Positions 1 to 11,131 of a stretch of 64,000 nt of DNA are shown here, in pieces. The notes below the pieces were generated by a model, which did not search any database, was not told where the DNA came from, and saw only the letters and a list, made by a program, of their open reading frames with translations. Positions within the stretch are counted from its first letter, which is position 1; every line of letters starts with the position of its first letter. This DNA is from Candidatus Eiseniibacteriota bacterium. Its GTDB lineage: Bacteria; Eisenbacteria; RBG-16-71-46. Where the stretch lies: assembly GCA_963707915.1 (NCBI GenBank), contig OY970178.1, positions 2,624,001 through 2,688,000 of the forward strand, in the 5' to 3' direction. The translations under genes were made by a program, and so were the position numbers.

Positions 1-1
1 C

Positions 2-112
2 GTCCTCCACAGCGCGCGGCTGGTGAACGCGGCGGTCATGTTCTTCGCGTTCGTGGCGGTGGTCTTCGGCGTCGCGCTGGCCTGGGTCGCGGGGCTCGTC
101 ACGTCCCGGTGA
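2..112 (+). CDS. 3' end of a membrane protein (partial, truncated by window edge)
   Basis: Frame 2 reads VLHSARLVNAAVMFFAFVAVVFGVALAWVAGLVTSR* with GC3-rich codons; hydrophobic helix. Confidence 0.55.
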   Translation, partial: VLHSARLVNAAVMFFAFVAVVFGVALAWVAGLVTSR

Positions 113-185
113 GCCCTGCCGCCCGCCCGCGGGGGCGGGTGAAGTCCGCCCCGCCGGCCGGCGCACGGCCCGTCGTCACCGGCCG

Positions 186-1364
186 TCAGCGCGCCCGTGC
201 CCCGGGCGGGCCCGGACCGGAGTCCCCCGCGCGCGCGGCCGCGCCGAAGCGCGCCACGACCCAGACCAGGAAGGTGTGGGCGAAGGCGAAGTAGGAGATG
301 TCGAAGTCGTCCTGGACCAGGATGTAGTTCCAGCCCTGGAGCGCGACGGACCAGGCGAACAGCGCGGCGATCACGCCGAACAGGATCCACACGACCCCGA
401 GCCATGCCTGCAGGGCCGAGCGCGCCAGCCCGCCCCACGCCAGCGCCGCGGCGAGGACCCCCGCCAGCAACGGCCGGGGGATGTACTGGAGCTGCATGGC
501 GAAGGGCCCGAATTGCGCGAAGCGGCGCGCGTCCCAGAGCACGAACGGCGCCAGCGTCGCCAGGAAGGTGACCGCGCACCACGCCGCCGTGACGGCCCCG
601 GCGCGCAGGTCGCCGCGGTAGCGCCACGGCAGGAAGACCGCGTAGGCCAGCCCGACGATCCCGCGGGTGGACAGCAGCAGCCCCGCGGCGATGCCCCGCC
701 ACGCGGCGGCCGCGGGCCGCGCGTCCCGCTCGATCCAGGCGAGGAAGAGCAGCACGAGCGTCATGTTGCTGAACAACTCGCTGCGCGTGACGACCTCGTA
801 GAGGAAGAGCGGCGCGGCGAGCAGCAGGCCGAGCGCGAACCACGCCGTCTCCGGGTGCGCGCGCGCGGCGCGGTGGCAGGCCCAGGCGAACGCCGCGAAG
901 GCCGCCACCTGGAGGAGGCCGAGGTCGCCGAGCAGGTAGAAGGGCAGCGCGACCAGGAACAGCACGGGGAACGCGGACGGCAGCACGGCCGAGGCGTACG
1001 GGAAGCGGCCGTGGAGCAGGTGGCCGAGCCACTCGCGGATCGCGGGGTAGCGCGTCACCCGCAGGGACTCCGGGTCGAACCGCGTCATGAGCAGCGCCAG
1101 GGCGATCGCGGCGACGGTGGCGACGACGGCGAAGCCCCGGCCGCCGCGGTCGCGTCGCGCGCACGCCCGCGCGAGGCGCGGACCCGCCAGCCACAGCGTG
1201 GCCGCGAAGGCCACGTAGAGGGCGGCGGCCAGCAGGCCGTGCCCGCCGGCGCGCTGCGGGTACTTGTAGGCGAACGGGACGTTGGCGGCGACGTAGAGCC
1301 CGGCGAGCGCGAACCGCGCGCCGCGGCCGAGGCGTTCGGGCGTGGGGATGGTGGCGCTCCTCAT
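186..1364 (-). CDS. Polytopic membrane protein, possibly GT-C/GT87-like glycosyltransferase
   Basis: 392 aa, many hydrophobic segments, 'GRFPY...P' loop motif; family assignment tentative. Confidence 0.6.
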   Translation of the reverse strand: MRSATIPTPERLGRGARFALAGLYVAANVPFAYKYPQRAGGHGLLAAALYVAFAATLWLAGPRLARACARRDRGGRGFAVVATVAAIALALLMTRFDPESLRVTRYPAIREWLGHLLHGRFPYASAVLPSAFPVLFLVALPFYLLGDLGLLQVAAFAAFAWACHRAARAHPETAWFALGLLLAAPLFLYEVVTRSELFSNMTLVLLFLAWIERDARPAAAAWRGIAAGLLLSTRGIVGLAYAVFLPWRYRGDLRAGAVTAAWCAVTFLATLAPFVLWDARRFAQFGPFAMQLQYIPRPLLAGVLAAALAWGGLARSALQAWLGVVWILFGVIAALFAWSVALQGWNYILVQDDFDISYFAFAHTFLVWVVARFGAAARAGDSGPGPPGARAR

Positions 1365-1695
1365 CGGGTGCGGGCTCCGGAGACCGCCGCCGGCCGCGCC
1401 GTGCGGTCGTCGGCCTGCGCGTCGCGCGCCGACGCGTTCGGCGCGCGCCCGGCGGGAGACGGCGTCCGCGCTCGCGATCCGGGCGCAGGGCAGACTACGA
1501 CCCGTGCGCGGCCGGTGTCCATGCCGTGGGCGGAGGCGGTCGGGCGGCCGTCCTCCGCAGTACCGGGGGCGGTCGTCCGGTCTGCGCGGACCGGCGCGAC
1601 GGCGGCGGGCTGTGGACGGCGGTCGGGAACGAGGTTAGGTTCGCGGCCGCACGCATTGGAATCCCTTCCCATCCGTCCCACGCCGAGGTGAGCCC

Positions 1696-4421
1696 GTGCC
1701 ACGATTCCGACTCTCGCCCATGGTGGTGATCGCGGCCCTCGCGGCCGTCTTCTTCGCGTTCCCGGCCTTCACCGGCCTGCTCACCGACTGGTGGTGGTTC
1801 CGGGAGATCGGCTACCAGGTGGTCTTCACCCGGGAGATCCTCACGCGCTCCCTGATCTTCCTGGTCGTCGGGGCGGTCACCACCGTCACGCTCTACCTGA
1901 ACCTGTGGATCGCGCAGCGCCGTCGCGTGGTCCCCCCCGTGTTCATCGAGGTCGGGCCGGCGGCGCCGCAACTGGACCTGACGCGGGCGCTGCGCCGCCT
2001 GAGCCTGCCGGTCTCGCTGGTCCTGGGCCTGCTGGCCGGGCTCGGCGCGGCGCCGGCGTGGGAACTCGTGCTCGGGGCGGTCTACCGCACCCCGTTCGGG
2101 ACCACGGACCCGGTCTTCCTGCGCGACATCGGCTTCTACGTGTTCACGCTGCCCGCGCTCTCGGCCGCGCTGGGCTTCCTCTCCAGTCTCGCGATCGGCT
2201 GCCTGGTCCTGCTCCTGCCCGTCTACCTGCTGCGGGGCGACATCCACGCGAGCCCTCCGCTGTTCCGCATCGAGCGGCCGGCGGGGCTGCACCTCGCCGT
2301 CGTGCTCGCGGTGCAGTTCCTGCTCATGGCCGCGCGGTCGTGGATGGTGGACGTGCCCGGGCTGCTGTACTCGTCCACCGGGCCGCTGGTCGGGGCGAGC
2401 TACACCGACCTGATGGCGCGACTTCCGGCGCTGCGCGTCTCGGCGATCGCGGCGGTGGCCGCCGCCGCCCTGGTGGTGGTCGGCGGCCTGCGGGGACGGC
2501 TGCTGCGCAGCGCGCTGGTGGCGGTCGGCGGTTTCGCGATCGTGTCCATCCTCGGGGGCGTCGTCTTCCCGCAGGTGATGCAGAAGTTCGTGGTGGCGCC
2601 CACCGAACTGACCCGGGAGACGCCCTACCTGCGCTACCACATCGCCGCGACCCGGCTGGCGTGGGGGCTGGACAGTGTCGAGGTCCGCGAACTGGCCGCC
2701 GATTCCAACCTGTCGCTGGCCGACATCCGCGCCAATGCGCCGACCATCGAGAACGTCCGCCTGTGGGAGCGCGAGCCGCTGCTGCAGACCTTCGGGCAGC
2801 TCCAGGAGATGCGCACCTACTACGACTTCGTCTCGGTGGACGACGACCGGTACTGGATCGACGGGCGGTACCGGCAGGTGCTGCTCTCGCCGCGCGAGCT
2901 CAACGCCGCGTCGCTGCCGACGCGCACCTTCATCAACGAGCACCTGACGTTCACGCACGGGATGGGGCTCACCCTCAGCCCGGTCAACCAGGTGACCAGC
3001 GAGGGCCTGCCGGTCCTGTTCGTGAAGGACCTCCCGCCCAGCTCGAGCGTGTCGCTGAAGGTCACGCGGCCCCAGATCTACTACGGCGAGCTGACCGACT
3101 CGTACGTCTTCACCGGCACCCGGCAGCGCGAGTTCGACTCCCCCTCGGGCGAGGAGAACGTCTACGCCGCTTACCGGGGCACCGGGGGCGTGCGCGTCGG
3201 CGGCGCGTGGCGCCGCCTGCTGCTCGCCGCGCGGTTCGGCTCCTCGAACATCCTGTTCTCGCAGGACATCGTCGGCGACAGCCGGGTGCTCTACCACCGC
3301 AACATCAAGGTGCGCGCGGCGAAGGCGCTCCCGTTCCTCCGCTTCGATCGCGATCCCTATATCGTGATCGCGTCCGACGGCACGCTCCAGTGGATCCTCG
3401 ACGCCTACACCCGCTCGAGCCGCTATCCCTACGCGCAGCGACTCGACGACGGCACGAACTACATGCGCAACAGCGTGAAGGTCGTCATCGACGCGTACGA
3501 CGGCTCGCTGAAGGCCTACGTCAGCTGCGCCGGGTGACCCGCTGATCCGCACCTGGGCCCGCATCTTCCCGGGGATCTTCGCGCCGCTGGACAGCATGCC
3601 GGCCGACCTGCGCGCGCACCTCCGCTACCCGGACGACCTCTTCCGCACGCAGACCGCCCTCTACACGACGTACCACATGCAGGCGCCGGAGGACTTCTAC
3701 CACCGCGAGGACCAGTGGCAGATCCCCACCGGCGACCCGGCGACCGGGGCGGTGCCGTTCATGCGCCACATCATCATGCGGCTGCCGGCAGGAATCGGCC
3801 GCCGAGTTCGTGTACATGGTGCCGTTCACTCCGCGGGGCAAGGACAACCTGGCGGCGTGGATGGTGGCGCGGAACGACGGCGCCGAGTACGGGAAGCTGC
3901 GGGTGTACCGGCTGTCACGGCAGAGCCTGGTGTTCGGCCCGACGCAGATCAAGAACCGGATCAACCAGAACACGGACATCTCGCGCCAGGTCTCGCTGTG
4001 GGACCAGCGCGGCTCCCAGGTCATCCGCGGGGACTTGCTGGTGATCCCGATCGAGGCCTCGCTGCTCTACGTGCAGCCGCTCTACCTGCGTGCGGAAGGC
4101 GGGCGCATCCCCGAGCTCAAGCGCGTGGTGGTCGCCTACCAGAACCAGGTGGTGATGTCCGAGACCCTCGACGGCGCGCTGACCGAGTTGTTCGGCGGCT
4201 CCGCCGGGACGCCCGCCCGGGCGGGCGCGGCGGTCGCGGCCCCGGCGGGCGCGGCGCCGGGGGGCGACGCGTCGTTCCAGGCGGCGGTGGTGGAGGCGCG
4301 GCGGCGCTACCAGAGCGCGCTGCAGGCGCAGCGCGAGGGCGACTGGGCCCGCTACGGGGAGGAGATCAGGCGGCTGGGCGAGCTGCTCGAGCGGCTCGGG
4401 GCCGGGGGCCCGCGGCGGTAG
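1696..4421 (+). CDS. UPF0182 family membrane protein, split by two +1 frameshifts (~3526, ~3788)
   Basis: [52 protein letters not shown] in ORF 1696; continues as [21 protein letters not shown], then PFTP..NLAAWM..YVQPLYL..IPELKRV in ORF 3810-4421. Confidence 0.9.
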
Positions 4422-4470
4422 CGGACGGGCGGCCCGGCGCCGGCGAGGCCGTGCGCCGGGCCCGTCCCGG

Positions 4471-6162
4471 TCAGAAGTCCTCGAAGCCGTCCGCGTCGCC
4501 GTCCGTCCCGGTGGCCGCGAGCCGCACCGGCGCGGACCTCGGCAGGGGAACCACGCGGGCGGCGGTCGCCGGCGCGGACGTCGCCGCCTCCGCCAACGCC
4601 CGATCGGCCAGCGTGAAGCGACCGACCTGGCGGCGCAGCTCGTCGGCCTGCCCGGCCAGCGTGTGGGCGGTGCTGTCGAGCTCCTCGGTCTGACCGGCGG
4701 ACTGCTGGGTGACGCGGTCCATCTGCTCCACCGCGCGGCTCACCTGTCCGATGCCGTGCGCCTGCTCGGCGGACGCCGCGGCGATGCCCGCCACCAGGTC
4801 CGCGACCTGCTTCACCTCGCCGACGATCGTGGTCAGCGTCTCGCCCGAACGGTCGACCAGGACGCTGCCCCGTTCGACCTGCGACACCGCGTCGGCGATG
4901 ACGCTCTTGATCTCCTTCGAGGCGGTCTTGGAGCGCTGCGCCAGCGCGCGCACCTCGCTGGCGACCACCGCGAAGCTGCGCCCCTGCTCGCCCGCCCGCG
5001 CCGCCTCCACCGCGGCGTTGAGCGCCAGCAGGTTGATCTGGAAGGCGATCTCGTCGATGGTCCCGCTGATGTCGCCGATGCGGTGCGACGCGGTGGTGAT
5101 CCCCGACATCGCTTCGACCGCGGCGCGCACGACCTGCCCGCCCGCCTCCGCCCGGTCGCGCGTGTGGGCGGCGAGCTGCTTGGCCTGCTGCGCGTGCTCG
5201 GAGTTGGCGCGCACCGTTTCGGTCATGGCCTGGAGCGAAGCCGTGGTCTGTTCGAGCGCGGCCGCCTGCTCCTGGCTGCCCGAGGCGAGCGTGGCCGCGC
5301 GCCGGGCCACGCCGTTCGACGCCACCTGCACCGCCCCGATCGTTCCGGCCAGCTCGCCCAGCACCGATGCGACCTGCACGCGCGTGTCCTCGATGGCCGC
5401 GGCGATGCGCCCGATCTCGGCCACCGCCCGCACCTTCAACGGCCGCGAGAAGTCGCCGCGGGCGAGCGGCTCGACCGCGGGCAGGAGCGCCGCCACCGGA
5501 CGCTTCACCGTGCCGGCGATCACCCAGAGCAGGCCGAGGATGGCGCACGTCATGATGAGCGCGAGCAGGCCGACCGCCTTGAAGGCGTCGGCGCGCGCGG
5601 TCGCCATGGCGCTGCCGAGCGGGACCTCGACCACCAGGGCCCCCATCGGGCGGCCCAGGGCGAGGCGGTGCTGGACCTGGCCCAGTTGCGAGGCATGGCA
5701 GTCCACGCACATCTGGACCACGGCGTTCTCCGCGCGGACGTACGACAGCGTGGGCTCGCCCTTCACGACGTGGACGCGGGAAGGCTCGCTCCGGGGATCG
5801 GCGAGCAGCCGCTCCAGGGCCCGGGTCTCGAACTCGTCCCGGGGCTTGTGCTCGGGATTGAGCGGCCACAGGCCCAGGGCGCTGACGCCGTAGAGGCCCT
5901 GGCCGTTCACGCTCATGCCGATCTCGTGGATGAACATCGGGTCGAGCCCGGCCGACTCCATCTGGCGGCTGTACTGCTCGCGGTCCTGCGCGATCTGGTA
6001 GGCGATCGACCGGGCCGACTGCCGCGCCTGGCTCTCGATGGTGCGGCGGGACTCGATCATGAGGTAGGCGGCGCCGAGCAGCGTGATGAGCGCCCCGCCG
6101 ATGACCACGGGCACCATCAGTCGGGTCGAGATCGAGTCCCGGAGAACGTCCAGCCTGATCAT
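4471..6162 (-). CDS. Methyl-accepting chemotaxis protein with periplasmic c-type heme (Tll0287/DUF3365-like) sensor domain
   Basis: TM-sensor(CVDCH)-TM-HAMP-MCP signal domain (IAFQINLLALNAAVEAARAGEQGRSFAVVASEVRALAQRS); start set at MIRLD. Confidence 0.9.
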   Translation of the reverse strand: MIRLDVLRDSISTRLMVPVVIGGALITLLGAAYLMIESRRTIESQARQSARSIAYQIAQDREQYSRQMESAGLDPMFIHEIGMSVNGQGLYGVSALGLWPLNPEHKPRDEFETRALERLLADPRSEPSRVHVVKGEPTLSYVRAENAVVQMCVDCHASQLGQVQHRLALGRPMGALVVEVPLGSAMATARADAFKAVGLLALIMTCAILGLLWVIAGTVKRPVAALLPAVEPLARGDFSRPLKVRAVAEIGRIAAAIEDTRVQVASVLGELAGTIGAVQVASNGVARRAATLASGSQEQAAALEQTTASLQAMTETVRANSEHAQQAKQLAAHTRDRAEAGGQVVRAAVEAMSGITTASHRIGDISGTIDEIAFQINLLALNAAVEAARAGEQGRSFAVVASEVRALAQRSKTASKEIKSVIADAVSQVERGSVLVDRSGETLTTIVGEVKQVADLVAGIAAASAEQAHGIGQVSRAVEQMDRVTQQSAGQTEELDSTAHTLAGQADELRRQVGRFTLADRALAEAATSAPATAARVVPLPRSAPVRLAATGTDGDADGFEDF

Positions 6163-6454
6163 GTGGGGGCCCTCTGCGTGTCGCATGCCACGGCGCGCCG
6201 CGCCCAATGCGCGGCCCAGCCGGGCTCCGTCCCTCCAAGTCTCGGTCGGTCCGGCCGGAACCTGAAGAGCCCGCCTGCCGCCCCGGGGGAGGAGGGCTTC
6301 CCCGGCGGCCGGGCCGCCGGCGGTTCACCTCCCCGCGCCCCCTGTGCGAGAATGGCGCCTCGTCGGGCCGCAGCCCGGGAGCGCCGGCGCGCGGTTGCCC
6401 CACGGGGCGCGGGGGCCGCCGGCTCCCGCACCGATGCCCATCCAGGAGGTGGCG

Positions 6455-6895
6455 ATGAGCCGAGTCGCGGACGTGCTTTCGCACAAGGGTCGTGAGGTCC
6501 ACACCGTCGGGCGCGAGACCACCACCTTCGAGGCGCTCGAGAAGATGGTCCGGCACAACGTCGGCGCCCTGGTGGTCACCGAGGGGGACGCCACGGTCGG
6601 GATCTTCACCGAGCGCGACTTCCTGAGGCGCGTCGTGCTCCAGGGGCGTGACCCGAAGGTCACGCGGGTGCGCGAGGTCATGACCGAGCGCCTGGTCTGC
6701 ACCGACCCCGACCGGCCGGTGGAGGAATGCATGGCCGTGATGACCCAGGAGCGCATCCGCCACCTGCCCGTGGTCGTCGCCGGGAAACTGGCGGGGATCG
6801 TCTCCATCGGGGACGTGGTCCGGCACCTCTCGGCCGAGCGCCACGTCGAGATCCGCTACCTCACGGACTACATCACCGGCAAGTACCCCGGCTGA
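6455..6895 (+). CDS. CBS domain pair protein
   Basis: AGGAGG RBS at 6444; VGALVV..GIFTERD and IRHLPVV..GIVSIGDVV motifs. Confidence 0.9.
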   Translation: MSRVADVLSHKGREVHTVGRETTTFEALEKMVRHNVGALVVTEGDATVGIFTERDFLRRVVLQGRDPKVTRVREVMTERLVCTDPDRPVEECMAVMTQERIRHLPVVVAGKLAGIVSIGDVVRHLSAERHVEIRYLTDYITGKYPG

Positions 6896-6997
6896 GCCGC
6901 GCACGATGACGCTCACCGCGGGCGGTGCGGGCTTCGCGGCACGCGCCGCGGCGGGGCGCGCGTCCGCCGCAAGGCCCGCCGCAGCGGACGACGCGGC

Positions 6998-8065
6998 GTG
7001 AGCGGCCGGCGCGCCCCGCTCGGCAAGATCGCGCCCGGGCAGTTCGAGCGCGTCATCGCTCCGCGCCTGGGGGCGGCGCGTGCCGAGGTGCTGGTGGGGC
7101 CGCGCGCGGGGCAGGACTCCGCCATCGTGAGGCTCGGCGGCGGGCGCGTGCTCGCCGTCACCACCGACCCGCTCTCGGTCGTGCCCGCGCTCGGCTTCGA
7201 GGCCTCGGCGCGGCTCTCCTGCCACCTGATCGCCTCGGACCTGTGGACCACCGGCATCGCGCCCGCCTGGGCCTCGGTCACCTTCAACCTGCCGCCGCAG
7301 ATGGGCGACGCCGAGTTCGCGACCTACTGGCGCGCGATGAGCGACGAGTGGGCGCGGCTGGGCGTGGCGGTCGTGACCGGGCACACCGGGCGCTACGAGG
7401 GCTGCGACTACTCGATCATCGGCGCGGGCACGCTGATGGGCGCGGGCGACGAATCCGGCTACCTCACGCCGGCGATGGCCCGGCCCGGCGATCGCGTGAT
7501 CGTGACCAAGGGCTGCGCCATCGAGGCCACGGCGATCGCGGCGTGGCTGTTCCCGCTGCGGCTGGGCGACCGGCTGGGCGCCGAGGGCGTCGAGCGCGCC
7601 CGGACGCTGCTCGCCCAGGTCAGCGTCGTGGCCGACTGCCGGGCGGCGCTGCGCGTCGGCGTGCGCGAGCACGGCGTGACGGCGCTGCACGACGCCACCG
7701 AGGGCGGCGTGCTCGGCGGCCTGCTCGAGCTGGCGCTGGCCTGCGGGCACGACCTCGCGGTCGAGCGGGGGAGGATCCCGCTGGTGCCCGAGGCGCGGGC
7801 GGCCTGCGAGGTGTTCGGCACCGATCCGTACTGGACGCTCTCGGAAGGCACGCTGATCGCGACGGCGCGGCCGGCGCATTCGGCGGCCGTGCTCGAGGCG
7901 CTCGCCGGGGCGGGGATCGCGGCGGCCGACGTGGGCGAGGTCGTGCCCGGCAGCGGGAGATTGAGGCTCGCGGAGCCGGATGGCGGCACCAGCGTGTTCG
8001 ACGAGCCCCGGGCCGACCCGTACTGGCCGGCCTACCAGCGGGCGGTCGACGAGGGCTGGCGCTAG
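6998..8065 (+). CDS. AIR synthase-related (PurM/HypE/ThiL fold) protein
   Basis: GQDSAIV, TTDP, VVTGHT, PGDRVIVTKG, LHDATEGG motifs. Confidence 0.85.
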   Translation: MSGRRAPLGKIAPGQFERVIAPRLGAARAEVLVGPRAGQDSAIVRLGGGRVLAVTTDPLSVVPALGFEASARLSCHLIASDLWTTGIAPAWASVTFNLPPQMGDAEFATYWRAMSDEWARLGVAVVTGHTGRYEGCDYSIIGAGTLMGAGDESGYLTPAMARPGDRVIVTKGCAIEATAIAAWLFPLRLGDRLGAEGVERARTLLAQVSVVADCRAALRVGVREHGVTALHDATEGGVLGGLLELALACGHDLAVERGRIPLVPEARAACEVFGTDPYWTLSEGTLIATARPAHSAAVLEALAGAGIAAADVGEVVPGSGRLRLAEPDGGTSVFDEPRADPYWPAYQRAVDEGWR

Positions 8066-8183
8066 GCCCGCCGGACCGTCCCGCAGCGCGGAGCGCAGGG
8101 GGCCCCGGGGTGTCCCACCCCGGAGCCTCGTCTGCGCAGGCGGCGCCCGGGGCGAAGGACCCGGGCGCGCCGTGTCCCCGCCG

Positions 8184-8975
8184 CTATTCCGCCGTCAGCT
8201 GGATCTCTCCCACCGGCGTGACCTGCTGCGCAACGACGGCGACTCCGGCGAGCGACGTGTCGCGGTAGCCCGCCTCGGGATGGATGGCGAGCGTATAGGT
8301 GCCGGCCTTCAGCAGCGTCAGCACGAAGTGCCCGTCGAGGTTCGGCATCCCGGCCGCGAGGGTGTCGGCGCCGGAGATGGCATAGACCGATGCCGCCGTG
8401 CTGTCCGGCACCAGCGTGCCGGCGATGCCGCCCACGTCGGTCATCGGCAACACGCGGCAGGTGGGAGCGAGCATGTACCTGCCGTTGCCGGTCCGGTGGA
8501 TGGAGCGCGCGGCATCGAAGTCGAGGGCCAGCTCCAGCAGGCCGCTGGCGGGCACGTCGAACTCGCCCACCAGCTTGTAGCCGCTCTGCAGGCCGCTCGG
8601 CACCGTCAGCGGGTAGGTGACGCCGCCCACGACGACGTTCGAGCCCGGGCCGAGCTTGAGCCGGACCTGCGTGTAGTGGCCGGCAGGCGCGAGGCCTTCG
8701 GCGAGCGTGGTGAACAGGCCGTTGCGCAGCTTCATCAGGTCGTAGGTCGCGGCGCGATCGCTCAGGATCTCCCAGCCGCTGAGCGAGTCGGCCGACTCGC
8801 GGTGGATGGCGACCTGGTTGACCACCAGGTTCACGGCGTCGTAGGGACCGGGGGCATCGGTCATCCGGATGCGGACCGTGCCGGTGGTGGCGGTGGTCGT
8901 CGAGGTCGGCCTGGCCGAGCAGCCGACCAGCGCCAGCAGCGCGACGGCGGCGACAAGCGCAAGGAGCGGACGCAT
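8184..8975 (-). CDS. DUF4382-like lipoprotein
   Basis: Lipobox LVGC after hydrophobic stretch; MTDAP, G.YTQVRL, VPSG.QSG.K, LDFDAARS motifs. Confidence 0.8.
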   Translation of the reverse strand: MRPLLALVAAVALLALVGCSARPTSTTTATTGTVRIRMTDAPGPYDAVNLVVNQVAIHRESADSLSGWEILSDRAATYDLMKLRNGLFTTLAEGLAPAGHYTQVRLKLGPGSNVVVGGVTYPLTVPSGLQSGYKLVGEFDVPASGLLELALDFDAARSIHRTGNGRYMLAPTCRVLPMTDVGGIAGTLVPDSTAASVYAISGADTLAAGMPNLDGHFVLTLLKAGTYTLAIHPEAGYRDTSLAGVAVVAQQVTPVGEIQLTAE

Positions 8976-9225
8976 GCGGGTCACCTCGTGGGGGAAGGGA
9001 CAGGATCCGGGCCGGGCGCGTGGGGAGTCCGCGCCGACCCGTCGGCGGATGATACCCATCCTGGCCCGGTTGGATGCGCAGTTCCTGCGAAAAGTGCCGC
9101 GTCGCGCAGGGCCATTTCCCGCAGCCGCGTGCGGGCCGCCATCGGATCCCGGTATCCCTTGCGCCCCATGCAAGTCCACCGCCCGGACCGGCGCGGACGA
9201 GCCCGCTGTCCCGCGCGGTGACGCG

Positions 9226-11082
9226 CTACTTCTCCAGCACGTCCTCGGGCGGGATGCGCAGTGCCCGGGCGACCGGGACCAGGTCCTGCTCGGGGTCGGC
9301 CCACGGCGAGCGGCGGTAGAAGAACTCCAGCCGCTCGTGCGGGTCGCGGGCGAAGGCCGAGTCGCCGGCCACCCGCGCGCGGAACTCGCGGGCCAGCGCC
9401 GGGTCGTCCTGCATCATCCGGCGCGCCAGCGGCTCGACCACGTAGGCCTCGGCGTACTCCTTCTTCTCGAGCACGGTGTCGAAGAAGTTCCAGCGCGCGA
9501 GCGCGTCGGGCGCCTGCGCCTCGAGCAGGTGCACGGCCACCAGGGCCGAGCGCTGGTCGAGCGGCACCCAGGCGTCGCCGGGCCGGAACGTCCGCGGGCG
9601 CCGCACCGGCTCGACCCGCGCGATCTTGAGCGGGAAGTGCCCCTCGCTCGGCTCACCCTGCGCCCGCCATTCCACGATGCGCGCCTGCTCCACCGAGTCG
9701 CTCCAGGCCCGCGCGAAGCGGCGGTAGCGCACGCCGTGCACGTCGAGCCGGTCCAGCACCGATCGCCACTCCTGCGGGACGAGGTAGCCGACGGGCTGGG
9801 TCACGGTGATCGCCGGCACGACCTGCCCGAAGCTCGGCAGGAGCGTGTCCCACGGCGCGCTGCCGTAGCGGATGACCGGTGCGCCCGCGATGTCGCTCAT
9901 CTCGATGACCGGGCGCAGGCCCTTGAACTCGACCATCACGCTCTCCGGCGCGGTGGTCGTGGAGAGCACGACGCGGCGCCTGGCCGGGTCCGGCTCCCGC
10001 CCGCGCGCGACGATCCCGGCCTCGGCCGCTGCCACGGCGTCCGCGAGCTCCTGCGGGCGCGTGCTCACCTCGGCGAGCAGGGCCGAGACCAGGTCGTAGG
10101 TGGCCCGCACGCGCACCTCGTAGGGCTTGAGCATGTGGGTCTCGACCAGGATCGCGGGGCGGCCCTGGAGCGGCGGGTAGCCGGTCGAGAAACGCGGCGG
10201 CGCGTCGCCACCCCGCAGACCGCTCCGCAGGTCCGACCAGTCGCGGAACGAGATGTAGGGCGCCGCGAGGTGCCCCATCCGCTCGAGGGCGGGGACCACG
10301 CGGCCCGCGAAGGCCGTCTCCAGCCAGCCGGTCACGCTCGCGGGATCCTCGGGTCCGGAGTTGTAGCCCCAGGTCACGTCGTAGCGGTAGTCGGCACCGT
10401 CGGTGGTGTGGGTGTCCACCAGCAGGTCCGGCCACCAGCGCGTGAAGACGCGCGAGAGGAAGGCGCGCATCTCGGGCGCCTCGGCCTTCATGTAGTCGCG
10501 GTTCAGGTTCAGCCCGATCGGCGTGGTGCGCCAGCCCATCTCCTCGGGACCGTTCTGGTTGATGCGGTTGAAGCGACTGCGGCGCTCGTGGGCGTCCGGC
10601 GAGAACATCGGCACGACCAGCAGGATGCAGTGGTCGAGCAGGTCCTGCTGGCGGCCCGTGACGGCGATGTCCCGCAGCAGCGCCAGCATGGCGTCCTTGC
10701 CCTCGATCTCGCCGGAGTGCACGCCGCACTGGACCAGCACCACGGGCCGGCCGGTGAGGCGCGCGGCCTCGGGCGTGAACGCGCGGCCCTTCGCGGCGAC
10801 GACGAGCAGGAGCTCGCGTCCCTGTCCGCTCGTGCCGAATGACTCGACGTGGATCAGGGGCGAGGCGGCCTGCAGCCGGCGCACGTACTCGGCGGTCTCG
10901 TCGTACGTCGAAGTCAGGCGGTAGCCCGAGCGCTCGGCGCGCGTGGTCCAGTAGGTGGAGAGCTCCGCCACCGGCGCCATGGGCCGCGGCGCCAGCGTGT
11001 CGGCGCGGACCTGGGCGGCGGCCGTCCCGGGGACCGGCAGGGCGGCGAGGACCAGCGCGAGCGCGGCGACGAGCGGGAACAT
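9226..11082 (-). CDS. Secreted M14 zinc carboxypeptidase family protein
   Basis: Signal peptide; HSGEIEG, NLNRD, DTHTT zinc motifs. Confidence 0.9.
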   Translation of the reverse strand: MFPLVAALALVLAALPVPGTAAAQVRADTLAPRPMAPVAELSTYWTTRAERSGYRLTSTYDETAEYVRRLQAASPLIHVESFGTSGQGRELLLVVAAKGRAFTPEAARLTGRPVVLVQCGVHSGEIEGKDAMLALLRDIAVTGRQQDLLDHCILLVVPMFSPDAHERRSRFNRINQNGPEEMGWRTTPIGLNLNRDYMKAEAPEMRAFLSRVFTRWWPDLLVDTHTTDGADYRYDVTWGYNSGPEDPASVTGWLETAFAGRVVPALERMGHLAAPYISFRDWSDLRSGLRGGDAPPRFSTGYPPLQGRPAILVETHMLKPYEVRVRATYDLVSALLAEVSTRPQELADAVAAAEAGIVARGREPDPARRRVVLSTTTAPESVMVEFKGLRPVIEMSDIAGAPVIRYGSAPWDTLLPSFGQVVPAITVTQPVGYLVPQEWRSVLDRLDVHGVRYRRFARAWSDSVEQARIVEWRAQGEPSEGHFPLKIARVEPVRRPRTFRPGDAWVPLDQRSALVAVHLLEAQAPDALARWNFFDTVLEKKEYAEAYVVEPLARRMMQDDPALAREFRARVAGDSAFARDPHERLEFFYRRSPWADPEQDLVPVARALRIPPEDVLEK

Positions 11083-11131
11083 GCGCGCAGGATAGCACAC
11101 GGGTACGCGCGGATCGCGCCGGCGGGCCAGG

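Noticed and set aside
1696..4421. UPF0182 (and jag, mnmE) as pseudogenes or programmed frameshifts
   Set aside because: No further decay or slippery sites; the same +1 pattern in unrelated genes points to sequencing error
6998..8065. Calling this gene hypE or thiL
   Set aside because: Fold motifs are shared across the family; no hydrogenase or thiamine context to assign a symbol
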